DNA of 64,000 bases, taken from assembly GCA_937936615.1 (NCBI GenBank), contig CALDDN010000038.1:7226-71225 (forward strand), written 5' to 3'. The stretch's first letter is position 1, and every line of letters starts with the position of its first letter. Positions 28,101 through 35,446 of the stretch are shown here, piece by piece. This stretch comes from an uncultured Bacteroidia bacterium (GTDB taxonomy: Bacteria > Bacteroidota > Bacteroidia > J057 > CALDDN01). The notes under the pieces are model-generated. The model made no database searches, had not been told where the DNA came from, and saw only the letters and a program-made list of their open reading frames with translations. A program made the translations under genes and the position numbers.

Positions 28101-30460
28101 AATTGGAAAAAGATTTCAGGGATGGAATACTGAAGGTGCTCTATTGTTCGCCAACGATGGAGCTGGGCATCGATATTTCGGATTTGAATGTCGTTCAGCT
28201 GCGCAACGTGCCGCCCAACCCTGCCAACTACGCCCAGCGGTCAGGGCGGGCCGGTCGGAGCGGGCAGGCGGCCATCGTTTTTACCTACTGCTCGCGCTAC
28301 AGCGCTCACGACCAGCACTATTTCCGTAACAAGCTCGACATGGTCGCCGGTCAGGTGAAACCGCCTGTATTCGACTTTACAAACGAGGAACTTCACCGTA
28401 CGCATCTGCGTGCCATGTGTCTGCCCTTTCTTCAGATCGAGATGAGCAGGTCGGTGGCTCAGGTCATCGATGACAACTTCATTAATAAAAAGGGGCAACG
28501 CACCTTTCCGGTTAAAGCAGAGACGGCCTCCATGCTGGCTAAACTCAAGGATTCCCAAGACCGAAGCACCATTCGGACCAACTTCAGGGAGGTAGTCAAA
28601 GACATGAAGCAACAGCTTGACCAAACATCCTGGTACCGTCCCGACTGGTTCGATCAGCAGATCAACCGCCTCGATAAAGATTTCGATGAGGCCTTCAATC
28701 GCTGGCGCGATCTCTACCGTGCTGCTTTGAAACTGATGCAGGAAGCCCTCGAGGCACTTCATGACCCGACCATTCCCAGCAGCGACGAGCGAAAGAGGGA
28801 GGCCCAACGTAACTACCGATACGCCCAGTGGCAGATCGATCTGCTGCGCAATTTTTACAATGCGGACGATCGGGCAGGCCATGCTGCAGAGGCGAAAGCC
28901 CGGAACAGAAGCCATAGCGCTACGATTTCGGGGTTTCTGCCCCATCGCTACTTGGCGGCCGAGGGTTTTCTGCCGGGCTACAATTTCACGCGGCGGCCCA
29001 TTTACCTGACGCTGCGGGGTGGCAAATCGGGCGATGGCGAGATCATCGACCGACCCAGCTTCATCGCTCTGCGCGAAGCCGGCCCCGACAACTTCTTTTA
29101 CCACAAGGGCCGCAAGTATCAGTTCAAGTACATGTCCTGGAAGCCCGAAGACAAGTTAGCCCGCGACCTGCGCCTGACCCTAACCATGGGTATAGTTCTC
29201 GATGAGAGCAGCCGAAGCCTCAACAACTGCCCCTTGACTGGCGAAGACCTTTCGCAGGGCAGCAGTACCAAATGGGTACGAGGAGTCGTGGAATTCGGAG
29301 CCTCGAGTGCCAATGTCCGCCAGCGCATCAACTGCACCGAAGAGGAACGCATGCAGGCCGGCTACGAGATTCAGACCGCTTTTGCTCTCGACCGTCAGGG
29401 CGACAGCCATGTGACGCTGCTCGTACGCAATGCGAAAGACGGCGAACTGGCCCGTATCTTTTTTATCCCGGGGGCACGCATCTACCAGATCAGCCACGGC
29501 TGGAAACGCGACAGGGCCGGCGCGGAAAACCTGGGGGGCTTTCACATCGACTCCTCCAGAGGGGGGCTTTGGGTCAGCGCATCCAAGCTCAAAGAGTATA
29601 GGGAGAACAAGGGATACCGCGGCGACCGCGACTCCATTCATAACATCAAGCTCTATGTCGATCGAACGGCGGATGCGTTGGTTGTAAAACCATCATCAGA
29701 TAATCTGGCCCTGCAGGACGAAGGTGGTTTTGGGGCGATCCGCTCTTTGCTCTACGCCTTTCTTAAAGGATTGGAAAACACCCTTAATGTCGAACCGCGT
29801 GAGCTGGCAGGCGACCTCGTGGGTACTTCCAACCTGCTCGTTTACGAAGCTGCCGAAGGCAGCATGGGGCTGCTGCGGCAGTTTGCCCAGTTCCCCAGCC
29901 GGTTGCGGGGGGTGTTCGAGGCGGCCCGCAGGCTCTGCGCCCTCGATGCCGAATCCCTGCAGGACGAAGAACTGCAACGCACGCGCGGTGATGCCTCTTA
30001 CCTCGACCTGCTCGATTTCAGCAACCAACTTTACCACAGATTCATCAGCCGGCGGGTTATCGCTGAAGCCCTTGATCGGCTCTGCACGGCCGAGTACCTG
30101 CTGCTCCAGGACGGCGAGCGTGATACCAACCAACATTACCGACACCTGCTCGAACGCATCGACCCGAATTCGGAAGGCGAAAAGCGTTTCCTCGACTACC
30201 TGATCCGCCACAATCTGCGTTTACCCGACGAAGCCCAGGCTCTCATTCCCGAATGCAATGTCAAACCAGATTTCCTGTATAGGAAAGAGTACACTGCTCT
30301 GTTTGTAGATGGCAAACCCCACGACCGGAGCGATGTGCAGGCCGAGGATCAGATCAAACGCCGCTGCCTCGAAAACCAGGGCTATCGTGTGCTCAGCTGG
30401 CACTATCTGACCGATTTGAGCGATTTCATTAATCAAAACAAGTCGCTTTTTGATCAATAA
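25121..30460 (+). CDS. giant SF2 DExH helicase with a DUF1998 (MrfA/DrmB-type) domain and a C-terminal PD-(D/E)xK-like nuclease module
   Basis: Walker A GTGSGKS (25433-25453), DELH (25793-25804), IGTSATL, motif VI QRSGRAGR (28235-28258). DUF1998-like landmarks run from GFLPGYNF to RINCTEEERMQAGYEI to LVYEAAEGSMGLL (~28950-29890). The C-terminus has KPDF followed 12 residues later by VDGKPH (30263-30322), then an ...GYRVLSW tail. First ATG is 25121; a TTG lies at 25112. Confidence 0.9.
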   Translation: MNAFQAHSEIIELYRSYLNSFVNIADADIKERVNHELTDPSRLLPEPLINFNPDYQVGGSTAELIAQQVLHPELGNVFPNYALHRHQVEAIRLGRAGQSFVVTSGTGSGKSLTYLATVFDDLFRNPNQKGVVALLVYPMNALINSQEREIKKYVEDYCKLTGRSFPITFGKYTGQEGEEERAKLQETPPQLLLTNYMMLELILTRVQEQRIARAIDQNIKYLVFDELHTYRGRQGTDVAMLARRIRAQALRKAELVCIGTSATLATGDAARSPRAEAARVAQEFFGIPFTEDQVVLETLTRSFSQVSVSNDELREAVARLQQPRSDANEAELKTNALAAWIENNISLEVGPDGWLKRGKPCTLQEIADRLAGDGGIDPKEGKEAIKNLLDWALRVNIGLKDRKPRKSYLPYRLHQFIQQTGNVYLTLEAPGQRHIQMDEQLTVERVNGQKLPLFQAAFSRLTGQTFISVRWDIQSKRLLAQPFDELYFDDDENENETSGDSKPQRGYLILQPADEEDLWKDEDLEILPPSWFSESKKKGVVLKKDKQKLLPQKLWFDARGATYAHEGEGRLAGWFVSYPLTIDPTAKVVYESARRRSREIDVLSNVGLDARSTANTLLSYLAVQVQSRHLGDLNSSKVLCFVDFRQDASLQAGHFNDFVRTVSLRSALLKAVRQASPDQPVKMSNVGQHLFDQLDLPFLEYADQSEEIEEGPLRKSYEKQLKEFLFYWAVSDLRLAWRVAMPNLEQTAQVRIAYEKLDQVLAEAAFSEKLAQSLCVELTDQNRSKICDMVCDTLDYFRRSFAISYDPYKNLLLLHNFFKHFDKLNDDWSPDEDEKPEPLCAFYIEKDKTAKAIKEAKNYVLLSIGSHSNYGRYFRRTYRDLTGSSLDKTNYGLVLKNFLGVMCRGGFLKKIELKSDGPEVQYIYQLDGSLIEWVAGDGQTPYHDHVRVPVKNPNFKPPAPNAFFQRLYSEGIQLNTKLKAKEHTGQIDKATREQLEKDFRDGILKVLYCSPTMELGIDISDLNVVQLRNVPPNPANYAQRSGRAGRSGQAAIVFTYCSRYSAHDQHYFRNKLDMVAGQVKPPVFDFTNEELHRTHLRAMCLPFLQIEMSRSVAQVIDDNFINKKGQRTFPVKAETASMLAKLKDSQDRSTIRTNFREVVKDMKQQLDQTSWYRPDWFDQQINRLDKDFDEAFNRWRDLYRAALKLMQEALEALHDPTIPSSDERKREAQRNYRYAQWQIDLLRNFYNADDRAGHAAEAKARNRSHSATISGFLPHRYLAAEGFLPGYNFTRRPIYLTLRGGKSGDGEIIDRPSFIALREAGPDNFFYHKGRKYQFKYMSWKPEDKLARDLRLTLTMGIVLDESSRSLNNCPLTGEDLSQGSSTKWVRGVVEFGASSANVRQRINCTEEERMQAGYEIQTAFALDRQGDSHVTLLVRNAKDGELARIFFIPGARIYQISHGWKRDRAGAENLGGFHIDSSRGGLWVSASKLKEYRENKGYRGDRDSIHNIKLYVDRTADALVVKPSSDNLALQDEGGFGAIRSLLYAFLKGLENTLNVEPRELAGDLVGTSNLLVYEAAEGSMGLLRQFAQFPSRLRGVFEAARRLCALDAESLQDEELQRTRGDASYLDLLDFSNQLYHRFISRRVIAEALDRLCTAEYLLLQDGERDTNQHYRHLLERIDPNSEGEKRFLDYLIRHNLRLPDEAQALIPECNVKPDFLYRKEYTALFVDGKPHDRSDVQAEDQIKRRCLENQGYRVLSWHYLTDLSDFINQNKSLFDQ

Positions 30461-30473
30461 GTTTATTTTTCAA

Positions 30474-33400
30474 ATGAAGAAAAAAGAAAACAGATCAAGA
30501 TCAATAGAAGAGCTACAGGGCAAGCTGCCACCCGGATCGATTGTCCGCTGCTGGAACCGGCTCTGGATTCTGCTGCCTGAATCAGATTCTGATTTGCAGA
30601 CGCTTCGCCCCTTGCTGGGCAACGAGGCCGAAGCTGTTACGCTTTGGGATCAGGCATTGATCCAGCCTGTCATTCGCCCCGATAAGTTCCCGTTGCCTCG
30701 GCTCGATGTGCATTTAGCCGATTTTGCTTCGGCCCAGCTGCTCATGGATGCGGCCCGGCTGCTGGTACGCGATGCCGCCGGCCCATTCCGTTCGGTTACG
30801 CGGCTGGCTTTCCGTCCGCGGGCTTACCAGTTCGTGCCCCTGTTGCTGGCTCTGCGCCAGCTCAAGTCCAATCGCCCGATTCGCCTGCTCATCGCCGATG
30901 ATGTGGGCATCGGCAAAACGGTTGAAGCTCTGATCATTGCCCGGGAGCTTTACGACCGGTACCTCATCCGTCGCCTGGCGGTGATCTGTCCGCCCCACCT
31001 GTGCGAGCAGTGGCAGGCCGAGCTGCGCGACAAGTTCGGTCTGCAGGCCGAGGTGCTGCGGGCGACGACCATTGGCCGCCTCGAACGCCAGTATCCCGGT
31101 GGAGGCATGCACCTGCTGGGTCGCGTACCCATTCAGGTGATTTCGGTCGATTACCTCAAGGGTAAAGCCGATAACGACCAGCTGATGCAGATCTTCACCA
31201 GCCAGGGACCTGAGCTGGTCATTGTCGACGAGGCTCACAGCTGCGCGAAACCCGAATCGGCTGTTTCAGCCAACCAGCACCAACGCTATCGTCTGCTCAA
31301 TCACCTGGCCCGACACGAGCAACGCCCCAAACACCTGATCCTGCTCACTGCTACCCCTCACAGCGGCAAGGCTGCCGAATTCCGTTCGCTGCTAGCCCTG
31401 CTGCATCCCGATCTGGAAAACTACGACCCTGCTATCGAAGCCCACTCCGATGGCGGGAATGTCGGGCTGCTGGCCAATCACTTCATTCAGCGGCGACGCG
31501 AGGACGTTCAGGCTCAGAGCAGCGAGGACAGCAATCTTTTCCCCAAACGGGTATCCAGCGACCAGAAATACGAATTAACTCCCAATTACGAACGGCTGTA
31601 TTACAGACTCATCGACTGGGCAAGATTAGAAATGAAAGATAAACCTTCCGGTAGTGCGATAGACGCTAAAACTAAATTCCGCTACTGGACTTTACTGGCC
31701 ATTCTGCGCGGGGCACTTTCCAGTCCTGAAGCTGGTCTGGCCATGGTACAAAACCGCCTCCGCAGCACCCAAGTCCCCGATTCAGTTGATGACCACCTGC
31801 TATCGTCCGCTACTAATCCTCACGGCGATTCGGATGAGGGCTTCGATTCGGATGCCGAACCTGCCTTTGCCGATCAGCCGACCCTCGCCGACCCTTCCAA
31901 AGCTTTGCTCGAAAGCATTGCCGATCAGCTTGCCAAAATTGCCCAATTCGACCAAGACGGTAAAGCTCTAGAAGACGGTAAAGCTCAAAAAGCTCGCACC
32001 GTGCTTTTTGAGTGGCTTCAGAGGGACATCCAGCCCATCGTCTTTTGTCGCTACATCAAAACGGCCCACTACCTCAAACGGCTGCTGGAACCGGCTCTCA
32101 AAAAGTATTTCCCTGAGCTGCAGGTCGAGGTCATCACCTCAGAAATGAACGAAGAGCAACGCCGTGAACGCATTCGCGATCTGGGAGCTGCCCCCAAACG
32201 TCTACTGATCGCTACCGACTGCCTTTCTGAGGGTATCAACCTGCAGGAATTCTTTACGGGGGTGCTCCACTACGACCTTCCCTGGAACCCTAACCGCCTC
32301 GAGCAGCGTGAGGGACGCATCGACCGCTATGGCCAGACGGCCCCCGAGGTCCACACCGCTATGCTGATCGGCGAAAACAACCCTGTCGACCACATTATCT
32401 ACGGTGTGCTGCTGAAGAAAGTAGAGCAAATCCGCCGCGATAGTGGCATCGTGATTCCTTTTGCTGAATCCGACCGTTCGATCGTCGATGAAATGCTTAA
32501 GGTTATCGTCGAGGACCCGCGCTTTACGTGGCAAAAAGGGCCTGGTAAGCAGACTAGCCTGCAGCTCGACGATTACAAGCTTTCATCCCAGCTCTCGCAG
32601 CGCTTCCAGGATGCTGAAAAAGCTTCTGCCACCGAAAAACGTCTTCGCAAAAAGCTGGCCCACCTCCAGGATGCCGCCCGCCTCGAGCTCACGCAGGAAC
32701 TTGAAGAACTCGATCGCCTGCTTGGCACACCCAAGACGGTCGAACAACTGGTTCGTGCCTACCTGAGCCGGAAGCAGGTAACCATTAAGGACGGCCCTCA
32801 TCGAACTTTTACTTTTTCCCGGCCCAATTTTGATTCCCGTCACCCCGATTACCGGGTTTTCTGCAGCCTGCCCGAAGGTCCGGTACGCTACTCGTGCTAC
32901 TCGCCTACTCCGCCCCAAACGGTCTACCTGGGCCGAAACCATCCCTTCGTGGAGCTGGCTGCCCGCCAGCTGATCGATCAGGCTTACCGTGAGGCTAACA
33001 TCGCGCCTTCCAAGGACCTGCTCACGGCTCGCCTGGCTGTTGTACGCACCCGCACCGTCAGCCGACGCACGATCGTGGCTTTGCTGCGTCTGCGCCTGCT
33101 CATTCAGCCGAAAAGTGGTGGGAAACCCCTCTACGCCGAAGAAATTTTCCCCTGGGCCTTCATACCGCCCGATAACCCGGACAAACCTTTTGAAGTGCTG
33201 GACCAGGAGGCGGCACGCAAGCTCTTCGAATCGGCAACATCCGATCAACCGGTACCTCAAGATCAGCAACGGTGGCTCCTCGAGCCGGTACTGGGCTGGT
33301 TTGCAGCTGCACAGACGGGTGAAAATATTAAAGCCGTTTCCGATCCCGATGCCCGCCAGCTCACCCGCTGGCTGACACAGCACTTGCCCCGTCAGCGCAC

Positions 33401-33530
33401 CAAACACCTTATCGATCGCTACCGTCGACAGGCCAACTTGTTGGATGAATCGGCTTACCGCCCCTTTGGTTCCTGGGTGCCTGCCGATGCTTTGGGTATC
33501 TATCTTCTACTGCCTGCATTGAGCGGCTAG
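30474..33530 (+). CDS. SNF2/RapA-family helicase-like ATPase with a long uncharacterised C-terminal region
   Basis: LLIADDVGIGKT (K codon 30915-30917), VIVDEAHS (DEAH 31226-31237), LLTATPHSGK, LIATDCLSEGINLQ, HYDLPWNPNRLEQREGRIDRYGQ (32304-32336). It starts 13 nt after the upstream stop; an alternative TTG at 30450 overlaps that stop. Confidence 0.9.
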   Translation: MKKKENRSRSIEELQGKLPPGSIVRCWNRLWILLPESDSDLQTLRPLLGNEAEAVTLWDQALIQPVIRPDKFPLPRLDVHLADFASAQLLMDAARLLVRDAAGPFRSVTRLAFRPRAYQFVPLLLALRQLKSNRPIRLLIADDVGIGKTVEALIIARELYDRYLIRRLAVICPPHLCEQWQAELRDKFGLQAEVLRATTIGRLERQYPGGGMHLLGRVPIQVISVDYLKGKADNDQLMQIFTSQGPELVIVDEAHSCAKPESAVSANQHQRYRLLNHLARHEQRPKHLILLTATPHSGKAAEFRSLLALLHPDLENYDPAIEAHSDGGNVGLLANHFIQRRREDVQAQSSEDSNLFPKRVSSDQKYELTPNYERLYYRLIDWARLEMKDKPSGSAIDAKTKFRYWTLLAILRGALSSPEAGLAMVQNRLRSTQVPDSVDDHLLSSATNPHGDSDEGFDSDAEPAFADQPTLADPSKALLESIADQLAKIAQFDQDGKALEDGKAQKARTVLFEWLQRDIQPIVFCRYIKTAHYLKRLLEPALKKYFPELQVEVITSEMNEEQRRERIRDLGAAPKRLLIATDCLSEGINLQEFFTGVLHYDLPWNPNRLEQREGRIDRYGQTAPEVHTAMLIGENNPVDHIIYGVLLKKVEQIRRDSGIVIPFAESDRSIVDEMLKVIVEDPRFTWQKGPGKQTSLQLDDYKLSSQLSQRFQDAEKASATEKRLRKKLAHLQDAARLELTQELEELDRLLGTPKTVEQLVRAYLSRKQVTIKDGPHRTFTFSRPNFDSRHPDYRVFCSLPEGPVRYSCYSPTPPQTVYLGRNHPFVELAARQLIDQAYREANIAPSKDLLTARLAVVRTRTVSRRTIVALLRLRLLIQPKSGGKPLYAEEIFPWAFIPPDNPDKPFEVLDQEAARKLFESATSDQPVPQDQQRWLLEPVLGWFAAAQTGENIKAVSDPDARQLTRWLTQHLPRQRTKHLIDRYRRQANLLDESAYRPFGSWVPADALGIYLLLPALSG

Positions 33531-33536
33531 GGCCGT

Positions 33537-33570
33537 GGCTATTGCATGGCTTTAATAGCCTTATTTTTAT
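33537..33570 (+). terminator. weak terminator-like hairpin after the SNF2 gene
   Basis: ggctat (33537-33542) pairs with atagcc (33555-33560), followed by ttattttta. Confidence 0.4.
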
Positions 33571-33670
33571 CTGAAGTTCAGTTTTCTATACAAATTTTTT
33601 TAAAAAAATTATCCTGTGTCGTATTGAGCAGGGCAAGGGATGTCGGATTTTGAACGTTGTCCTCAATCTT

Positions 33671-33694
33671 TAATGCTTCTATTAATGCTTCTAT
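33671..33694. repeat. perfect tandem duplication of a 12-mer
   Basis: taatgcttctat occurs at 33671-33682 and again immediately at 33683-33694. Confidence 0.9.
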
Positions 33695-33791
33695 GTATGA
33701 TTCAAAGGCGGCTTTCACCGTAAGCCGTTGATGTTTGAAGCGAATCACCGGTGGCCGGGTTTATCTTTTTCTTGAGCCGTCCGTTTCGGCC

Positions 33792-34955
33792 TCAATCGGG
33801 AGCAACGGTGCCCGTTCCTTCGACACGCAGTCGGCGTGCCAGTTCCCGGGCCTTTGCCAAGGCTCCATCCAGCGAGGGGTCGATGATGGTCAGGTGGCCC
33901 ATCTTGCGGCCTGGGCGAACTTCACGCTTGCCGTAGAGGTGGAGTTTGACCCCTTCCATGGCTAAAGCTTCTTCGATACCTGCGTAGCGAGGCTGTCCGG
34001 TGGCACCCTCCGAGCCGACGAGGTTCAACATGACAGCCGGCAGGCGCAGGGCCGGCGAACCCAGTGGCAGCCCCAGTACTGCCCGCAGGTGCTGCTCGAA
34101 CTGGGAAGTCAGGTTGGCTTCGATGGTATGATGGCCGCTGTTGTGGGGGCGGGGAGCCAGCTCGTTGACCCAGAGCCAGCCGGCCCGATCGACGAAAAAC
34201 TCCACGGCCAGCAGGCCTACGACGCCCAGCCGTTCGGCGATGTGCAGGGCCGTTCGCTCGGCTTCACCCAGCAAGGGATCGGGCAGCCGGGCGGGGGCGT
34301 AGAGCAGCTGCACCAGGTTGCGGACCGGGTCGAAGACCATATCGACGGGGGGGTAGACGCTCATCTGGCCGCAGGCGTTGCGGGCGGCTACCACGCTGAT
34401 CTCGTGGGCGATGTCGACGCGGCGTTCCAGTACGGACGGTGCATCGAAAGCGGTCTCCAAATCGACGGGCGTATCGAGTCGCATGACGCCCCGTCCGTCG
34501 TAGCCACCGCGCCGCAGTTTCAGTATGCCCGGCAGGCGGTCGGTATGGCGGGCGAGGTCGCGGCGGTTTTCGACGAGTACAAAGTCGGCTGTGGGAATGC
34601 CTTCGCGCTGAAAAAACAGTTTCTGTTGGCCCTTGTCCTGAACGGTACCTACGACCGTAGCCGCGGGGTGGACACTGCGGCCTTCAGCTTCCAGCTGGGC
34701 CAGGGCCTCGGTGGCTACATCCTCGATTTCCAGCGTCAGAACATCGACCTGCCGTCCGAAATCGAGGACGGCAGCGGGGTCGCGGAAGCTACCGCCGACA
34801 AAGCGATGCGCGAACGGGCGGGCGGGTGCATTCGGGTCGGGGTCGAGTACCCAGGTTTCGACGCTGAAATCGGCACAGGCTTGCAGAAGCATGCGCCCCA
34901 GCTGGCCCCCCCCCAGGATGCCCAGCTTCAGGCCTGAGTAGAATGCTGGCTTCAT
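33792..34955 (-). CDS. purK: 5-(carboxyamino)imidazole ribonucleotide synthase
   Basis: Starting at the internal ATG (cat at 34953-34955) gives MKPAFYSGLKLGILGGGQLGRML. ATP-grasp pattern throughout. Confidence 0.9.
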   Translation of the reverse strand: MKPAFYSGLKLGILGGGQLGRMLLQACADFSVETWVLDPDPNAPARPFAHRFVGGSFRDPAAVLDFGRQVDVLTLEIEDVATEALAQLEAEGRSVHPAATVVGTVQDKGQQKLFFQREGIPTADFVLVENRRDLARHTDRLPGILKLRRGGYDGRGVMRLDTPVDLETAFDAPSVLERRVDIAHEISVVAARNACGQMSVYPPVDMVFDPVRNLVQLLYAPARLPDPLLGEAERTALHIAERLGVVGLLAVEFFVDRAGWLWVNELAPRPHNSGHHTIEANLTSQFEQHLRAVLGLPLGSPALRLPAVMLNLVGSEGATGQPRYAGIEEALAMEGVKLHLYGKREVRPGRKMGHLTIIDPSLDGALAKARELARRLRVEGTGTVAPD

Positions 34956-35115
34956 GGAACAAAGGTACGACCCGCGCGTGGGCCTTGGCCTAAGGCTGCG
35001 ACCTGAAATTGAATTTGCCAAAAATATGTTGTATTTGTTTTTTGTATGTTAATTTATTGGGATTAAGTAATTGAATTTTGATTCTGGTTTCAACTTTTAC
35101 TTTGTAAATTCAGGA

Positions 35116-35131
35116 GCATGCAGCTGCATGC
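35116..35131. promoter_or_regulatory. perfect 16-bp palindrome in the purK/ahcY divergent region
   Basis: gcatgcagctgcatgc is its own reverse complement. It could be a dimeric regulator site or a hairpin. Confidence 0.4.
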
Positions 35132-35446
35132 CAACGGGGGCGGAAAAAATGGCTGAAAGCAAATGGCTGAAAGCGAAATGAAAGTCGAAAAGCAACGCCA
35201 GTGAAAATGTAGAACCTGCTGCCTCTGGGCAGGCTTTTTGGAAGGCCGTTTGTCGAGATGCCAGCTGCGGTTCAGCCATTCCCCGGTTGGGGCCTGTCCG
35301 CAATGCCGACTGTAGATTGGCAATCGAATGCTCGTTATGCCGGTCTGAACGGACCAAATTGGTTTCAAAATAAATTGAAAATATGCTGAACTTGCAGGCC
35401 ATAGCCCATGTTGCTATATTTACACACCTGAAATTTTTTTCCGCGC

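Noticed and set aside
26672-29641. Minus-strand ORFs of 202, 110, 287 and 153 aa inside the giant helicase gene, and the 274-aa ORF at 32583-33407 inside the SNF2 gene.
   Set aside because: They are antisense to genes whose helicase motifs are in the correct order, and have no independent support. I considered hidden small partner genes (antitoxin-like) but saw no start context or motifs.
35022-35446. An SAH riboswitch upstream of ahcY, or a ZTP riboswitch upstream of purK.
   Set aside because: I could not find the conserved cores as I remember them (GAGGAGCGCUGC... for SAH; GGGUCGUGACUGGCG...CCGCCUGGGCA for ZTP) on either strand. Only a partial CUCUGGGCAGG resemblance is present. An Rfam scan is needed before any such call.
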